A DNA stretch of 63,696 nucleotides, counting the filler, from Collodictyon triciliatum (lineage: Eukaryota): NCBI GenBank assembly GCA_043381765.1. It is 9 parts of 9 records of this genome, joined end to end, with 100 filler letters (N's around TTAATTAATTAA, not from the genome) between each part and the next. Parts side by side here need not be neighbours in the genome. Positions count along the whole stretch, not along the records: positions 1 to 7,741 come from JBHJMP010003770.1; positions 7,842 to 15,572 come from JBHJMP010003771.1; 7 more parts are not named here. One strand, given 5' to 3'. The notes beneath the pieces are model-generated. The model ran no database searches and had not been told where the DNA came from. It was given only the letters and a program-made list of their open reading frames with translations. Positions 1 through 13,800 of this stretch are shown piece by piece (the first letter of the stretch is position 1; every line of letters begins with the position of its first letter). The position numbers were made by a program, and so were the translations under genes.

Positions 1-124
1 TTCTTTTTCTTTTCTTTTTCTTTTTCTTTTTTTTTCTTTTTCTTTTTCTTTTCTTTTTCTTTTCTTTTTCTTTTCTTTTTCTTTTCTTTTTCTTTTCTTT
101 TTCTTTTCTTTTCTCTGAAAACAG

Positions 125-537
125 TTGTCAGTGTCAATGAGCTGGAGCCCATGTCACACGGACACAATCTTCGGGTGCAGGTGATCTCTGCCGAGGAGCC
201 AGTCAGCAAAGCCTCTGCTCTCGGCCCACCAGTAGTGAGTCGGGACGTGCTTGTGGGAGACCCAAGCGGCTGTGTTGTGTTGCAGCTGCGGAACGAACAG
301 ACCGAGTTTGCACTAGTTGGCCAGCGTCTTGTCATCCGCAACTCAAAGGTTGTGATGCAGCGTGGCTTCATGCGCCTTGCGGTCGATATGTGGGGCTCTG
401 TTGCTGTTGACACGGCCGATGCAGGCGCTGATGGCGACGCTTCTGTCAACACGGCAAACAACATCTCTCTTGTCGAGTACGAGCTTGTTCAGAACCCGGC
501 TGCTGCTGCTCCTTCATCTTCCTCTCCGCCTGCGTAG
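125..537 (+). CDS. Single OB-fold nucleic-acid-binding protein (At4g28440-like); last exon, 5' exon missing
   Basis: AG acceptor at 123-124, then (F)VSVNELEPMSHGHNLRVQV...LVGDPSGCVVLQLRNEQ...IRNSKVVMQRGFMRLAVDMWG...NNISLVEYELV, the pattern of this small OB-fold family; ends TAG. Confidence 0.8.
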
Positions 538-1604
538 AGGCTGGCTGCGTCCGTCGTTCTGCTTCCATCTCCCATGCCTTTTTTCGATTTTTTTCTATTT
601 TTTCTCTTTTTTTTCTTTTTTTTCTTTTTTTCTTTTTTTTCTTTTTTTTTCTTTTTGTCACCTACCAAATTAACCCCAATACGAAAATAAAGTTCCTTTT
701 CTACCTTATTCTCATCGTTGTTGTCTCATTCCTGGCTTCTTCTCAACATAACTTTGCAACAAAGTACCTCTCATTGGAATAAAACATCGATGGTCTTGTC
801 TCTTTGCGCCATGAAAGGGTTTTGAATGCCGCCGATGCTTGTTTTGCTTTTCTCTTTCGGGTGACAGGCTTTGCAAGATTTAGATACAGTCCGCTTACAC
901 CCTTTGGCGGTTACGAACTTCCTCTTTCGTCCATGACGAATATAGTGATTCTGCAAAAGGTGTGGTGCACAGAATGCAAGGACACATATCTGCGACAGAT
1001 TTCCGTTACGTGTCTCTCTTGGACACAATTCAACGAACTTTCTATGAAAATCTGCATATATGAATATATTATCAAAATATTCCAGAACTGGATTCCAATA
1101 GAAATGAAGGGTTGAATCGCTACGGCAGGATTTGAATTAGTGGTGGCGGCGCAGACGTGCGGTTTTTTTTTTTTTTGAATTTAATTTTCTTTGGGGTTGC
1201 ATTGTGGGCTTGTCAAGAGTCGAAACTCTGTGCGTTATTGAATTGTCACCAGCCAGATGTTTGTGTGATTGGTTCGTTTTCTGATTGTTGCGGTGGATTC
1301 CTGTCTGCAATTGTGGGTGGTTGTATGCGCACAGGTGGCCTCTTTAAATTATGGCGGATTGTCTCTTGGAGACGGAGTGGTGATTGGGCATCACGAATGT
1401 AATTCAATGCGTTTATGCTCGCATCTGTTGGCGTGTTATCAACACCCACTCCTCTCTTGTATATATACATCGCATCATTGTGCTTCTGTCTGGTGACTCA
1501 GCAATAAAGTTCACCTCAGTTGCAGCAACGGCGCAAAAGAAGTCTATCTTAATTGCTGAAGGCTGATGCTGAGATATAACAAAACTTGTGTTTATGCTTT
1601 TGTC

Positions 1605-1899
1605 TTCTGTTCTTTTGTTCTTTTGCTCTTTTGTTCTTTTGTTCTCTTGTTCTTTTGTTCTTTTGTTCTTTTGTTCTTTTGTTCTTTTGTTCTTTTGTTC
1701 TTTTGTTCTTTTGTTCTTTTGTTCTTTTATTGCTTTGTTGCTTTGTTGCTTTGTTGCTTTGTTCTTTTGTTCTTTTGTTCTTTTAGTCATACATTTTTCT
1801 GATTTTCTTATTTATCCCTGATTTATTTTCGCTTATTTCAACTCTTTTCAACTCTTTTCAACTCTTTTCAACTCTTTTCAACTCTTTTCAACTCTTTTC
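1605..1899. repeat. Simple repeats (CTTTTGTT)n and (ACTCTTTTCA)n
   Basis: Directly visible tandem 8-mer and 10-mer units. Confidence 0.9.
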
Positions 1900-2520
1900 T
1901 ATATACATTTAGTCGTTTTTAGTTGTTTTCTCTTTTTCTATTACTTAATGCCGTTGTGTTTGTTATTTTTTCATTCTTCTGCATAGGTTCTTGTGTATAG
2001 GAACAGCTATGTTTGCCCAGTGTTCTTTGTGTCGCTTTCGCATCAATTTTCCTCTGTGAAGCTATTTTGAACTGGGTATCTCGATATATTATAGCTCTAT
2101 TTTGTTAGCGCCGCCCTGATCCAAAATTTGAACAGAAGAAAATATTTCAAATTCTCCTAATATCCTGTCTTCATTGCCAGTTCACTGTCTGCATTGTCCT
2201 TTGAAAGCAACTTTCCATTTGCTACACTGTCTATTCTCCTTTTTGTTGTGCCCTCTCTTTTACTCTGTCAAAGCCGAGACATTTGCCCACATTCACTTTG
2301 AAAAGTGCAGCCCTAAGAAAACTAACCAAAAAAAAAAGAATTTTTTTGCTTTTTTGCAACGCCGCCGGCCTGTCTAAGTTCCGAATTATTTTTTTTTTGA
2401 TTGGCTCGATTCTGTAATTGTATGAAGGCCGATTCTTTTCTTCGCTTTGATTCAAATCCTTTCTGCCTAACTTTTCTTTTAGTTCTCGTTCTTCTTTTCT
2501 ACTTGGATCAATCAAGACAG

Positions 2521-5200
2521 ATGAGTCGGCCTCCAACCTATGAGTACTCCCAGTCCCACAACTTTACCCCGAGAGAAGGGGGCTCTGTTCCAAAAACTAG
2601 CGGCTCTAGCCAGCCACCTTATTATTATACTGTACCCGCAAGTATTTCTCCGTTTTCTCCGAACAATAGGAAAGAAGACCGTAAGTGTTCAGACACATCA
2701 TCGTCACTTAGATACTTTGCTATAATTCTTTCAGTAAAGAAACTGTTTTTTTCTTGGGCTTTGCTTTGGAAATGGTGCGTTAGTTCATGTTGTTCAGAGT
2801 AATTGTCCATTAGAATTCGTCTTCCATCCCCAAGTTCATTCTCTTTCAGAAACTGCAGATTCTTCATACTCAGGTTATTTTGGAAACCTCAGCTATTTTT
2901 GTAATATTTTTTATGGATCAGTGTGGAGCTTTCTTTTATTTCCATCATCGATGTATAGCTGACTACTTTTTTTTCGTTGTGTATTTCTATTGTATATTCC
3001 AATTTTTTCTATTGTGTATTTCTATTATGTATTTCTATTGTGTATTTCTATTGTGTATTTCTATTGTGTATTTCTATTGTGTATTTCCATTTTCTTCATA
3101 TGCCCCATTATGAATATTTCTATATTGTTTCTATGTTTTATTTAATTACGGGCTACTTATGAACTATATATTTAATTGAATCATTTTTTTATTATGCACA
3201 GTCTATTATGAATTCAATTCACTATGTTTTATTTTTACTTCTTTTTTTTTTTGCCAATAAGTATACTCTACATGACTTTGTATACAATTAACCATTTGAG
3301 TGTGCTTTTCAATGTAGTGATCGTGTACTTATATAAATCATATTAACAAAACATAATATCACATATGCTATACATTAAAAATGTTTTATAACAATATCAA
3401 CACTTACACAAACGGATAGCTTCTAGAACTATAAGCCTCCAAACAGCACCATTGAACATGGAAAAGGTATTAAAATAACTTCCTTTTTGTTTTACATAAA
3501 CCGATATTGTATTCAACAAAAGTTCCAGTACGTCCATATATTATTTCTTATAGACCTCCAAAGATTGCTTTACAAGAATCCACAATTACATTCCAGCTGT
3601 ACCACGATATCAAGACCTTGGCATCAACATTTGAATCCTACCTGTGCAATCAAACTGTAGCTAGGCAAAGGTCAGTAGACCAACTAATCAAGCATATTAC
3701 ATCCGAGTGGTCAAAAGCATCGACCATACCTCTTCCTATGATGGCGTCTCCGATTCACCAGGTAAAAACTTAGCTTTTGCTCCTGATGCTTAGAGAGAGA
3801 GAAAGATGCACCAAATCTCCTCTTTTATATTTTCTCCTTTTCGTAATGAGTTGTTTTTTTAATTGCTCTACTAAAGTCAGTTTTCACATCTTTTAGCCAG
3901 AATTGCACCCACTATTACCTACATCGAACCTAAGAGCTCACGAAAATCTAGACCCAACGCTGATGCTTGTCCCCTCTGAGGCTGTCAGGTGAGATATTGG
4001 TTTGCGTGCGATTGTAAATAATGATAAGAAAATGATAACAAACTTGATTGAGAAAATTAATATCAAGAAGAAAATGATATTTACGTTGACATGCATCTTT
4101 TAATACATTTCTTAGCAGTGGTCAAAGGCAGAAGGACAGCTTTACTCGACCGAATGTACCTCAAAAAGTAAATCATACAATACACCTTGCAATACCAAAT
4201 GCCTCAAGATTTTATATATCAATCATGTAGATATTACTGTTAAAGTAGTAAAAGAAACCCTTGGCATTATGCGTTCATAGAAAAAATCCCACTCGAGTGC
4301 ACATGGCCCAATAGTTAAGGATAAGCCCAAGGTTTGTGAGAATTATTTAAACCAATAGCCATTCTAATTTGTATCAAACATAACAATACCCAGTATGTAT
4401 TGGGTGTTTGTATCGCCATGATTTTTGTCGTCAGCTCCACAGCTCTTATTAAATAGTATTTGAACTTATTTAAACATAAATCACCGGGAAAAATAGAGGA
4501 AAGTTCCATCTTCCTGCCAAATGTGTGGCGCAACTCAAACACCAGAATGGAGAGGAGGGCCAGATGGTTCTACATCGTAAGAATACAATATTTTTTTCAT
4601 ACTACTTTCCATTAAACCAAAGCCTTTCTAGTATCTCGGACTTATGGTGTGAGTTAGTCAAACTTTCCAATCGTCTCGTTTGTGTCATGAATTTGTGTTC
4701 AATAGGTTGTGCAATGCGTGCGGACTTCACTATGCGAAGATTAAGAAAAAGAGGGAGTCCCACTCAGCTCCGATTAGAAGAGCACATCTCCCCATTTCTT
4801 CCCTTCTTAACCATGTAAGATATCTGCTCAAGTATTCAAGCAGACTGAATAGTCGAGTACATCCATGACTTCCATGAGAAAAGAAAACGCCTCCTTGCTT
4901 CCCCATTTTATCCTGGCTATATGTTGAGATACTTAATTTTGTGTAATTGGATAATTTAACCATTCCATTTTGTTATGAAATCATATTCTATCAGAATTGT
5001 TTGTAATGCAAAAAAAAAAAAAAAAAGTGAGAAATCGGATTACGAGCCTATTTGTTGATGGATTGTAATTTCAGGAGGACGAAGAGGACGAGAAACATAA
5101 ACGCCCAGCTGCTGCTCCTCCTCCTACCAGGGGAAAAAGTTACAATACCATGGGAGGAAATATTACAAAAAAAGAACAGACCAGAGGAGAGACAAGATGA
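2521..5200 (+). CDS. GATA zinc-finger transcription factor, about 9 exons
   Basis: Spliced finger CQMCGATQTPEWRGGPDGST|SLCNACGLHYAKIKKKR across a GT-AG intron (~4577-4705); phase-consistent GT-AG chain from ATG 2521 to TGA 5200; internal exon edges approximate. Confidence 0.8.
2978..3090. repeat. Intronic 13-bp tandem repeat (CTATTGTGTATTT)n
   Basis: Directly visible, inside the first GATA intron. Confidence 0.85.
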
Positions 5201-7741
5201 TGTGTTTTCTATATGCTCGTGTGACCTCATCTTCATTATTCACGTGTCGCTAGAAGAAAACTGAGTGTTTGTACACCCAAATAAGTCAAGGATATTGAAT
5301 CTCCACTCATCACTCACTTCTGCCTTCGTCTCCTTTTTTCAATTACAATAAAAGCGCATAAACACTTTATTTTTCCTTTGACCATGGGTGGACCAAGAAA
5401 TTTGTTCGGTGTTTGGTTGGTATCAGCGCTTCTTTTAAAAAAAAATTTTTTTTTTTTTTTTTTGCTTTTTTTTTAAAAAAAATGTACATTTCTCGTGGAG
5501 AGGAGGGGATATTTAGGTTGCTGTGGTGCTCTTTAAAGACTTATAGAAAGAAAATCCAAACATCAAGGATTGATGAGCGGGGAAAAAAATGTGAATGGAA
5601 AAAGAATGAGAGATGCTGGAAAATGGGTGAGACTTTCCTTATGTCCCAGGAGCTGGTTTTGAAGGCCTGAATTATTAAATGAAAAGATCTTCAGAATTAT
5701 AATGCATTATTGCTCATATATTATGTAATAAATATGTTTGTAAACCAAAATAAATGATAGTTTATTCATTTTCCAATATATGTCAATAGTAAAATGAGGC
5801 AAAAAAAATGAGGCCAGGATGAGGGGAGCCTTTTTCATAACTTTTTTCCAGAAATCTGAGAAGCCGATTCATATGGGCTGGGGAATTACCTAATAACCCA
5901 AAAGTTGAGGGATTGCAAAGGTTGTTTATGATGCTCATAATTCGGTATATTTTAAAATGGTATGATTTCTCAGTATTGTGTTTTTTTTTAATATTGCCCC
6001 AGGTCTCATCAAGATTTTGTTTGGGCTTGTATTATGGCTAATGGCAACGCGAGCACCCTGATTGAAACGGATGGTGAATGTATTTTTCCGAATCCCTTTG
6101 CATATGTAGTATATTTTCGGTTGGTAGTGGTATATTTTGGCACCTTGAACTGATTAAAAGGCAGAAGTAAGATACGACTATTTTTTGCTTGATGTGGCTT
6201 TGAAAGAATACGTTTGCCTTTGTAGACAGTATCTTCATCGATTTTAATGAGGCAAGCCGATGAATTATGTTCAGCAACACTAAGGAAATGATGAAAAACT
6301 TTCTTTGATTAGTACATTAAAATCGGTTCCCATCTTGTATAGAACTATCCAACTAAAGGATTCTTTACTTGAAAGGTATACTAATCGAATAGCAGGGAGA
6401 TTCCAAGATACGCCGTAACAGTTCAATTTCATCTTATTTAACTTTCGGCCCTGCTCGCCATTCATTTACCCACCTGGTTATGAGAATAAAAAAATTTTTT
6501 ATTTATTTCGGTACACCTCATGATGCACAAAAGGCTGAACTTTTAAATAATTTAGGGATATGAGACATACTCAAACAAGTGCAAATATTTTAGGGAGTTC
6601 ATAAAATGTTTGCATTTTAACGTGCGATTCCATCTAATGACCATCAGCTTGAAGACAGTAGAATAAATAACATATAACATATAACATATAACAGGGATCG
6701 ACCAAGTGTACTAGGTAAACAATGAAAAGAGCGAGAAATTATGAATAAGTTAAAGTGGATTGACTAGAAAGATGTAAAGAAAAAGAGAAATAAAGAAAAC
6801 AAGGGAATAGAAAGGAGAAATCATAAATTGGCTAGTGGATGAGAATATATAAACTCCTTCCCCTTCCTCAATCTGCTGCGTTGTGTCATTGTGTATCTCA
6901 TCGCACTGAGACCATAGCCAACACACGTTCCCCTAACCTCTCTGACTTCAAGTGGCAACAACACACCAACAAGAGTATTCAGCCCATCGACCATGAGCAA
7001 GAACAAAATAAATACCCAGAAAACTGAAGAAAAAAAGGTAGAGACAAAAAAGAAGAGAGCATTTTTTTTTCCTTTGTCCGATTCAAGAACAAAAAGAGCA
7101 CAAAACGAAAAAACAAAAACAAAAAACAAAAAACATCGAAGGACAAAGCTGCCAGTCAACACAATCATGCCTCGAGGTTAGTGTGGTGTGTGGGAGTGAA
7201 CTTTAACTAACTCCTTACATTTCTCTATTGTTGCTGTTAGGCACGAAGAAAAAAACCACTCCTTTCAAAGAAAAAGGGAAATTGCTGCCAGTTATGCACT
7301 ACCAAAGAAAAGAATAATGCTTGTAATTGAGGTGTGAAATAAATAATAATAATCGAAATCGAGACGACATTTCCATTCATGGCATTTGTTGCCCTCGACA
7401 AACGGGATTCGCCTTTTCACACAAACACAACAAAAATCCCAACTAGCCGGATTCTTTTCAGACCAATCGAAACGCGTCACCCAAGACAACAGCTCCTCCA
7501 TTGCGCCTTACATGACCCCACATTTACAGCAAGATTCGCAACAAGAACAAGACCATTTACACGGCAAATCATTAATAACCCTTGAATTTCGGCAGGATTC
7601 AATATTCTCCGATTGGTGATATTCGCAATCAAACCAAGATGCACCTTGGATGAAAGTATTCTCCCTTCTCCTTCAATCAGACCCACTTTTCGGCGGCTGT
7701 GTTGTTTGCTATTGATTCTCAGCAGACCCACACGAGATACT

Positions 7742-7841
7742 NNNNNNNNNNNNNNNNNNNNNNNNNNNNNNNNNNNNNNNNNNNNTTAATTAATTAANNN
7801 NNNNNNNNNNNNNNNNNNNNNNNNNNNNNNNNNNNNNNNNN
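7742..7841. other. Artificial contig spacer (44 N + TTAATTAATTAA + 44 N)
   Basis: Same spacer at 15573-15672, 23405-23504, 31237-31336, 39068-39167, 46909-47008, 54741-54840 and 61248-61347; the linker has stops in all six frames. Confidence 0.98.
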
Positions 7842-10800
7842 GGGGATAATACAATCAAAATATGGAATCTTTCCGATGGAACTTTGATTCGCACATTAAT
7901 TGGACACACAAGTGGTGTGTACAGTGTTGCAGTTACTCCTGATGACTCAAAAATTATTTCAGGAAGTGGAGATAATACAATCAAAGTTTGGAATCTTTCC
8001 GATGGAGCTTTGATTCGCACATTAACTGGACACACAAGTGGTGTTTACAGTGTTGCAGTTACTCCTGATGGCTCAAAAATTATTTCAGGAAGTGGGGATA
8101 ATACAATCAAAGTTTGGAATCTTTCCGATGGAACTTTGATTCGCACATTAATTGGACACACAAGTGGTGTGTACAGTGTTGCAGTTACTCCTGATGGCTC
8201 AAAAATTGTTTCTGGAAGTGCAGACTACACTGTAAGACTTTTGAATTTCTCTGATGGAAGTCTTATCTACACCAGAGGCTCCAAAGTTATGAGCATGACA
8301 TCTTCTCAGTCAAAATCAATTTTTATTTCAGGGCATTCAGACAGCAGCATCAGATTTTGGAATCTTTCGAATGGTAATTTAATCAGCTCATTTATTGGGC
8401 ATGCTGATGTCGTTAACACATTGACTTTTACACCAGATAACCAAAAAATAGTTTCCGGAGGTTCGGATAAGACAATAAACATTTGGAATGTAAATGATGG
8501 AGCTTTGATTCAATCAATACAAGTCCATACTGATTCAGTGAATTGTGTTACCATATCAACCGATGGAACAAAAATTGTTTCTGGAAGTACCGATAAAACA
8601 TTGAGAATTACAAATATATCTGACGGAAATATCATTCGTACATTAAATGGACACACTGGAACTATCATAAGTGTAGCTTTAACTCCTGATGACTCAAAAA
8701 TTGTTTCTGGAAGTGCTGATAAATCAATCATAATTTGGAGTTTTCTTGATGGAACATTAGTTCAGAATATAAAAATTCACACAGATTCTATAAACTCTGT
8801 TGCTATAACGCCAGATGGAAAGAAAATTGTTTCTGGCAGCAGCGATAGAACAATCAAAATAGCTAACATTTTAGATGGAAGCTTAATTCGCACACTCAAT
8901 GGGCACACAGGGATCGTTAAAACTGTTTCGATTTCTCCAGACGGCTCAAAGATTATTTCTGGAAGCAGTGACAAAACCATCAGAATTTGGAATTTTTCAA
9001 GCGGAGTCGCAATAAATATCATGAATGAACATGGAGTTACAATTAATGGAATTTCAGTTCTCTCTGATGGCTCAAAATTTCTCTCAGGAGGTGATGACAC
9101 TACAGTCAAATTGTGGAACTTTCCTGATTTCAGTTTGAGTTTGACAGTTTCAGGCCACACAAGTTCAGTCAATAGTGTTTTTTTAAGCCCAGATAAAACA
9201 AAAATTGTGTCAGGAAGTAGTGATAATACAATTAGAATCTGGAATTATGCCGATGGTTCTCAAGCTCTTTCAATAAATGCACATTCAAATTCTGTCAATA
9301 GTGTAGTTGTTTCGGCTGATGGAACAAAATTCGTGTCAGGAAGCAGTGATAAAACCGTAAAAAATTGGAATTTCTCGGATGGTTTATTATTGAGAACATT
9401 TAGCGGCCATACTGCAGCTGTTCGAAGCGTTGCAATGTCATCAGATAATTCTGTTTTAGTATCAGGAAGCGATGATATGAATATCAATATTTGGAGAGTT
9501 TCAGATGGAACTTTAACTCGTACCTTATCAGGTCATTCGAAAAGTGTGAATTCTGTTTTTATTACGCCAGATAATACCAAAATTATATCTGGAAGTGCCG
9601 ATTTTTCAATAAAAATATGGAATCTCTCAGATGGAGCATTAATTAGAACAATTACTGGCCACGGAAATGCCGTAAGATGTGTTATTACATCTCCAGACGG
9701 AACAAGAATCATATCTGGAAGCAGTGATAACACCATCAAAATTTGGAGCATGTCGGATGGCGTGCTAATCAGAACCCTGAATGGACACACAAGCTCAGTA
9801 AATAGCATTTCAGTATCATATGATGGAACAAAACTGTATTCTGGAAGCAGTGATAAAACGGTCAAAATATGGACAATATCAGACGGAAGAGAAATTCGAA
9901 CACTTCTGAGTCACACAGATTCTGTCAATAGTGTTTTCGCTACTTCAGATTCAAAAATAATTTCAGCAAGCACTGATAAATTCATCAAAGTATGGAGTCC
10001 ATGCCAAGGAGGATACTTTTTCAATCAACTGTCAAATTCATGCGAAAGATGTCCGACTGGCTCTTACAATAACGGAAACGAGCTCACCTCTTGTTTATTA
10101 TGTCCAACTGGAACTTACAATCCATCAACTGGTTCCACAAGCCTTAGAAATTGTCTTCTGTGTGAGGAAGGGACATACAATAATCTTTTGGGCCAATCAA
10201 TTTGCAAAAAATGCGAAGCTGGAACATTTAATAATCTTAAAGGTCAAAATTCATGTAATAATTGCACTGCTGGATTTTACAGTAATGAGGGAGATAGGTC
10301 TTGTACTCCGTGCCCGGCAGGAACATTCAATCCAAGCATTCGAGGTGCTGGAAACTCATCATGTATTTTATGTGAACCAGGAACATACAATAGTGTTGAT
10401 GGAAAGTCGAGTTGTTTCGAATGCCCTGCTGGGTTCTTCATGAATGAAAAAGGAAAGCAATTTTGTAGTCCATGCCTCACTGGTACTTACTCAAACAAAA
10501 CGAAATCAGTCAACTGTGAAAAATGCCCGGCTGGTTCTTACAATGCAAATGTTGCATCAACCAGTATAATCAATTGCCAGTCATGTCCAAAAGGAAGATT
10601 TTCATCAAAGTCAGGTGAATCAACTTGTGAACTTTGTCCATCTGGTTCATACAATCCATACCTTGATCAGAGTGGATGCATAAATTGCCCTGATGGAACT
10701 TACAATCCTCGATTTGGCTCCAGTTCAAATTCTTCATGTGCTAAATGCCCGATAGGAACATATGGAAATCAGCTTAGAGATGAATGCGTATCATGCCCAG

Positions 10801-13800
10801 CTGGTACATTCAACAACAAAACTGGCACAGCCAACAAATCATCATGCATATCATGTCCAGATGGAAGCTACAGCTCAGAAAGAAGCGCATCATGCAGCTT
10901 ATGCTCATCAGGATTTTATCAAAAAGAAGGCATCAGTAAAGACTCACAATCATGCTATGCTTGTCCAAAAGGCACATTCAACTCAAACTCCGGCTCATAT
11001 GGAAACACATCATGCATCGAATGTCCACAGGGCACTTGGAGTGATAGAGGTGGTCAGGTATCATGCACATCATGTCCAGCTGGTACATTCAACAATAAAA
11101 CTGGCACAGCCAACAAATCATCATGCATATCATGTCCAGATGGAAGCTACAGCTCAGAAAGAAGCGCATCATGCAGCTTATGTTCATCAGGATTCTATCA
11201 AAAAGATGGAATAATTAAAGATATTCAATCCTGCTACGCTTGTCCAATAGGCACATTCAACTCAAACTCCGGCTCACATGGAAACATATCATGTATTGAA
11301 TGTCCAAAAGGCACTTGGAATAATAGAAATGGTCAAACATCATGCAAATCATGTCCAGCTGGTACATTCAACAATCAAACTGGCTCATTCAATCCATCAT
11401 CATGCCTTTTATGTCATAATGGAAGCTACAGCTCAGAAAGAAGTGCATCATGCAGCTTATGTTCACCAGGATTCTACCAAAAAGAAGGTGTCACCAAAGA
11501 CTCTCAATCATGCTACGCTTGTCCAAAAGGCACATTCAACTCAAACTCGGGTTCATATGGAAACGCATCTTGCGTTGAATGTGCACAAGGTACTTGGAAT
11601 GATAGAGATAGTCAAGCATCATGCACATCATGTCCAGCTGGTACATTCAACGATAAAACTGGCTCATTCAATCCACCATCATGCATTTCATGTCCAAATG
11701 GAAGCTACAGCTCAGAAAGAAGCGCATCATGCACTTTATGCTCATCAGGATTCTATCAAAAAGATGGAATCACAAAAGACTCACAATCATGCTATGCTTG
11801 TCCAAAAGGAACATTCAACTCAAACTCCGGCTCATATGGATACAAATCATGTATCGAATGTCCAAAAGGCACTTGGAATGGCAAGGATGGTCAAGCATCA
11901 TGCACATCATGTCCAGCTGGTACATTCAACAACAAAACTGGCTCATTCAACCAATCATCATGCATGTCATGTCCAAATGGAAGCTACAGCTCAGAAAGAA
12001 GTGCATCATGCAGCTTATGCTCATCAGGATTCTATCAAAAAGAAAGCATAAAAAAAGACTCCAAATCATGCTATGCTTGTCCAGAAGGCACATTCAACTC
12101 AAACTCCGGCTCATATGGAAGCGTATCATGTATAGAATGTCCACAAGGCACTTGGAATGATAGAGAGGGTCAAGCATCATGTACATCATGTCCAGCTGGT
12201 ACATACAACGATAAAACTGGCTCATTCAATCAATCATGTATTTCATGTCCAAATGGAAGCTACAGCTCAGAAAGAAGTGCATCATGCAGCTTATGCTCAT
12301 CAGGATTCTATCAAAAAGATGGAATCACAAAAGACTCACAATCATGCTATGCTTGTCCAAAAGGCACATTCAACTCAAACTTTGGCTCTAATGGAAACAA
12401 ATCATGCATCGAATGTCCACAAGGCACTTGGAATGATAGAGATGGTCAAGCATCATGCACATCATGTCCAGTCGGAACATTCAACAACAAAACTGGCACA
12501 GCCAACAAATCATCATGCATTTCATGTCCAAATGGAAGCTACAGCTCAGAAAGAAGCGCATCATGCAGCTTATGCTCATCAGGATTATATCAAAAAGAAG
12601 GTGTCACAAAAGACTCGAACTCATGCTATGCTTGTCCAATAGGCACATTCAACTCAAACTCCGGCTCACATGGAAACTCGTCATGTATTGAATGTCCACA
12701 AGGCACTTGGAATGATAAAGATGGTCAAGCATCATGCACATCATGTCCAACTGGTACATTCAACAATAAAACTGGCTCAGCCAACCAATCATCATGTGTT
12801 TCATGTCCAAATGGAAGCTACAGCTCAGAAAGAAGTGCTTCGTGCAGCGTATGCTCATCAGGATTCTATCAAAAAGAAGGCATAATGAAAGACTCACAAT
12901 CATGCTCCACTTGTCCAAAAGGCACATTCAACTCAAACTCGGGCTCATATGGAAATTCATCATGTATTGAATGTCCACAAGGTACCTGGAATGATAGAGA
13001 TGGTCAAGCATCATGCACATCATGTCCAACTGGAACATTTAACAACAAAACTGGCTCATTCAATCAATCGTCATGCATTACATGTCCAAATGGAAGCTAC
13101 AGCTCCGAAAGGAGTTCATCATGCACTTTATGCTTATCAGGATTCTATCAAAAAGAAGACATCACAAAAGACATTCAATCCTGCTATGCTTGTCCAAAAG
13201 GAACATTCAACTCAAACTCGGGCTCATATGGAAACGAATCATGTATTGAATGTCCAAAAGGCACTTGGAATGATAGAGATGGTCAAGCATCATGTACATC
13301 GTGTCCAGCTGGTGCATTTAACAAAAAAACTGGCTCATTCAATCAATCATCATGTATTTCATGTCCGGATGGAAGCTACAGCTCAGAAAGAAGCTCATCA
13401 TGCACTTTATGCTCATCAGGATTCTACCAAAAAGAAGGAATCCCAAAAGACATTCAATCCTGCTACGCTTGTCCAAAAGGTACATTCAACTCAAACTCTG
13501 GCTCATATGGAAACAAATCATGTAATGAATGTCCACAAGGCACTTGGAATGATAGAGATGGTCAGGCATCATGCACATCATGTCCAGCTGGTACATTCAA
13601 CGATAAAACTGGCTCAATCGATCAATCATCATGCATTGAATGTCCAAAAGGAAGCTACAGCACAGAAAGAAGCGCATCATGCAGCTTATGTTCATCAGGA
13701 TTCTATCAAAAACAGGGAATCAAAAAAGACTCACGTTCATGTTATGCATGTCCAATAGGCACATTCAACTCAAACTCCGGTTCATATGACAACAAATCAT

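Noticed and set aside
1413-1821. Low-complexity ORFs (poly-K/F/L/Y; also at ~20850-21290, 54360-55040, 62940-63240)
   Set aside because: Translations of microsatellites
5800-6480. Abutting minus-strand ORFs (6038-6465), and similar coding-like sequence at ~770-1560 and ~47200-47620
   Set aside because: No recognisable motif or consistent exon chain; cannot support a call
7786-7797. TTAATTAATTAA palindrome recurring about every 7.8 kb
   Set aside because: Artificial linker between N runs, not a biological repeat or CRISPR; gene clustering across it is meaningless
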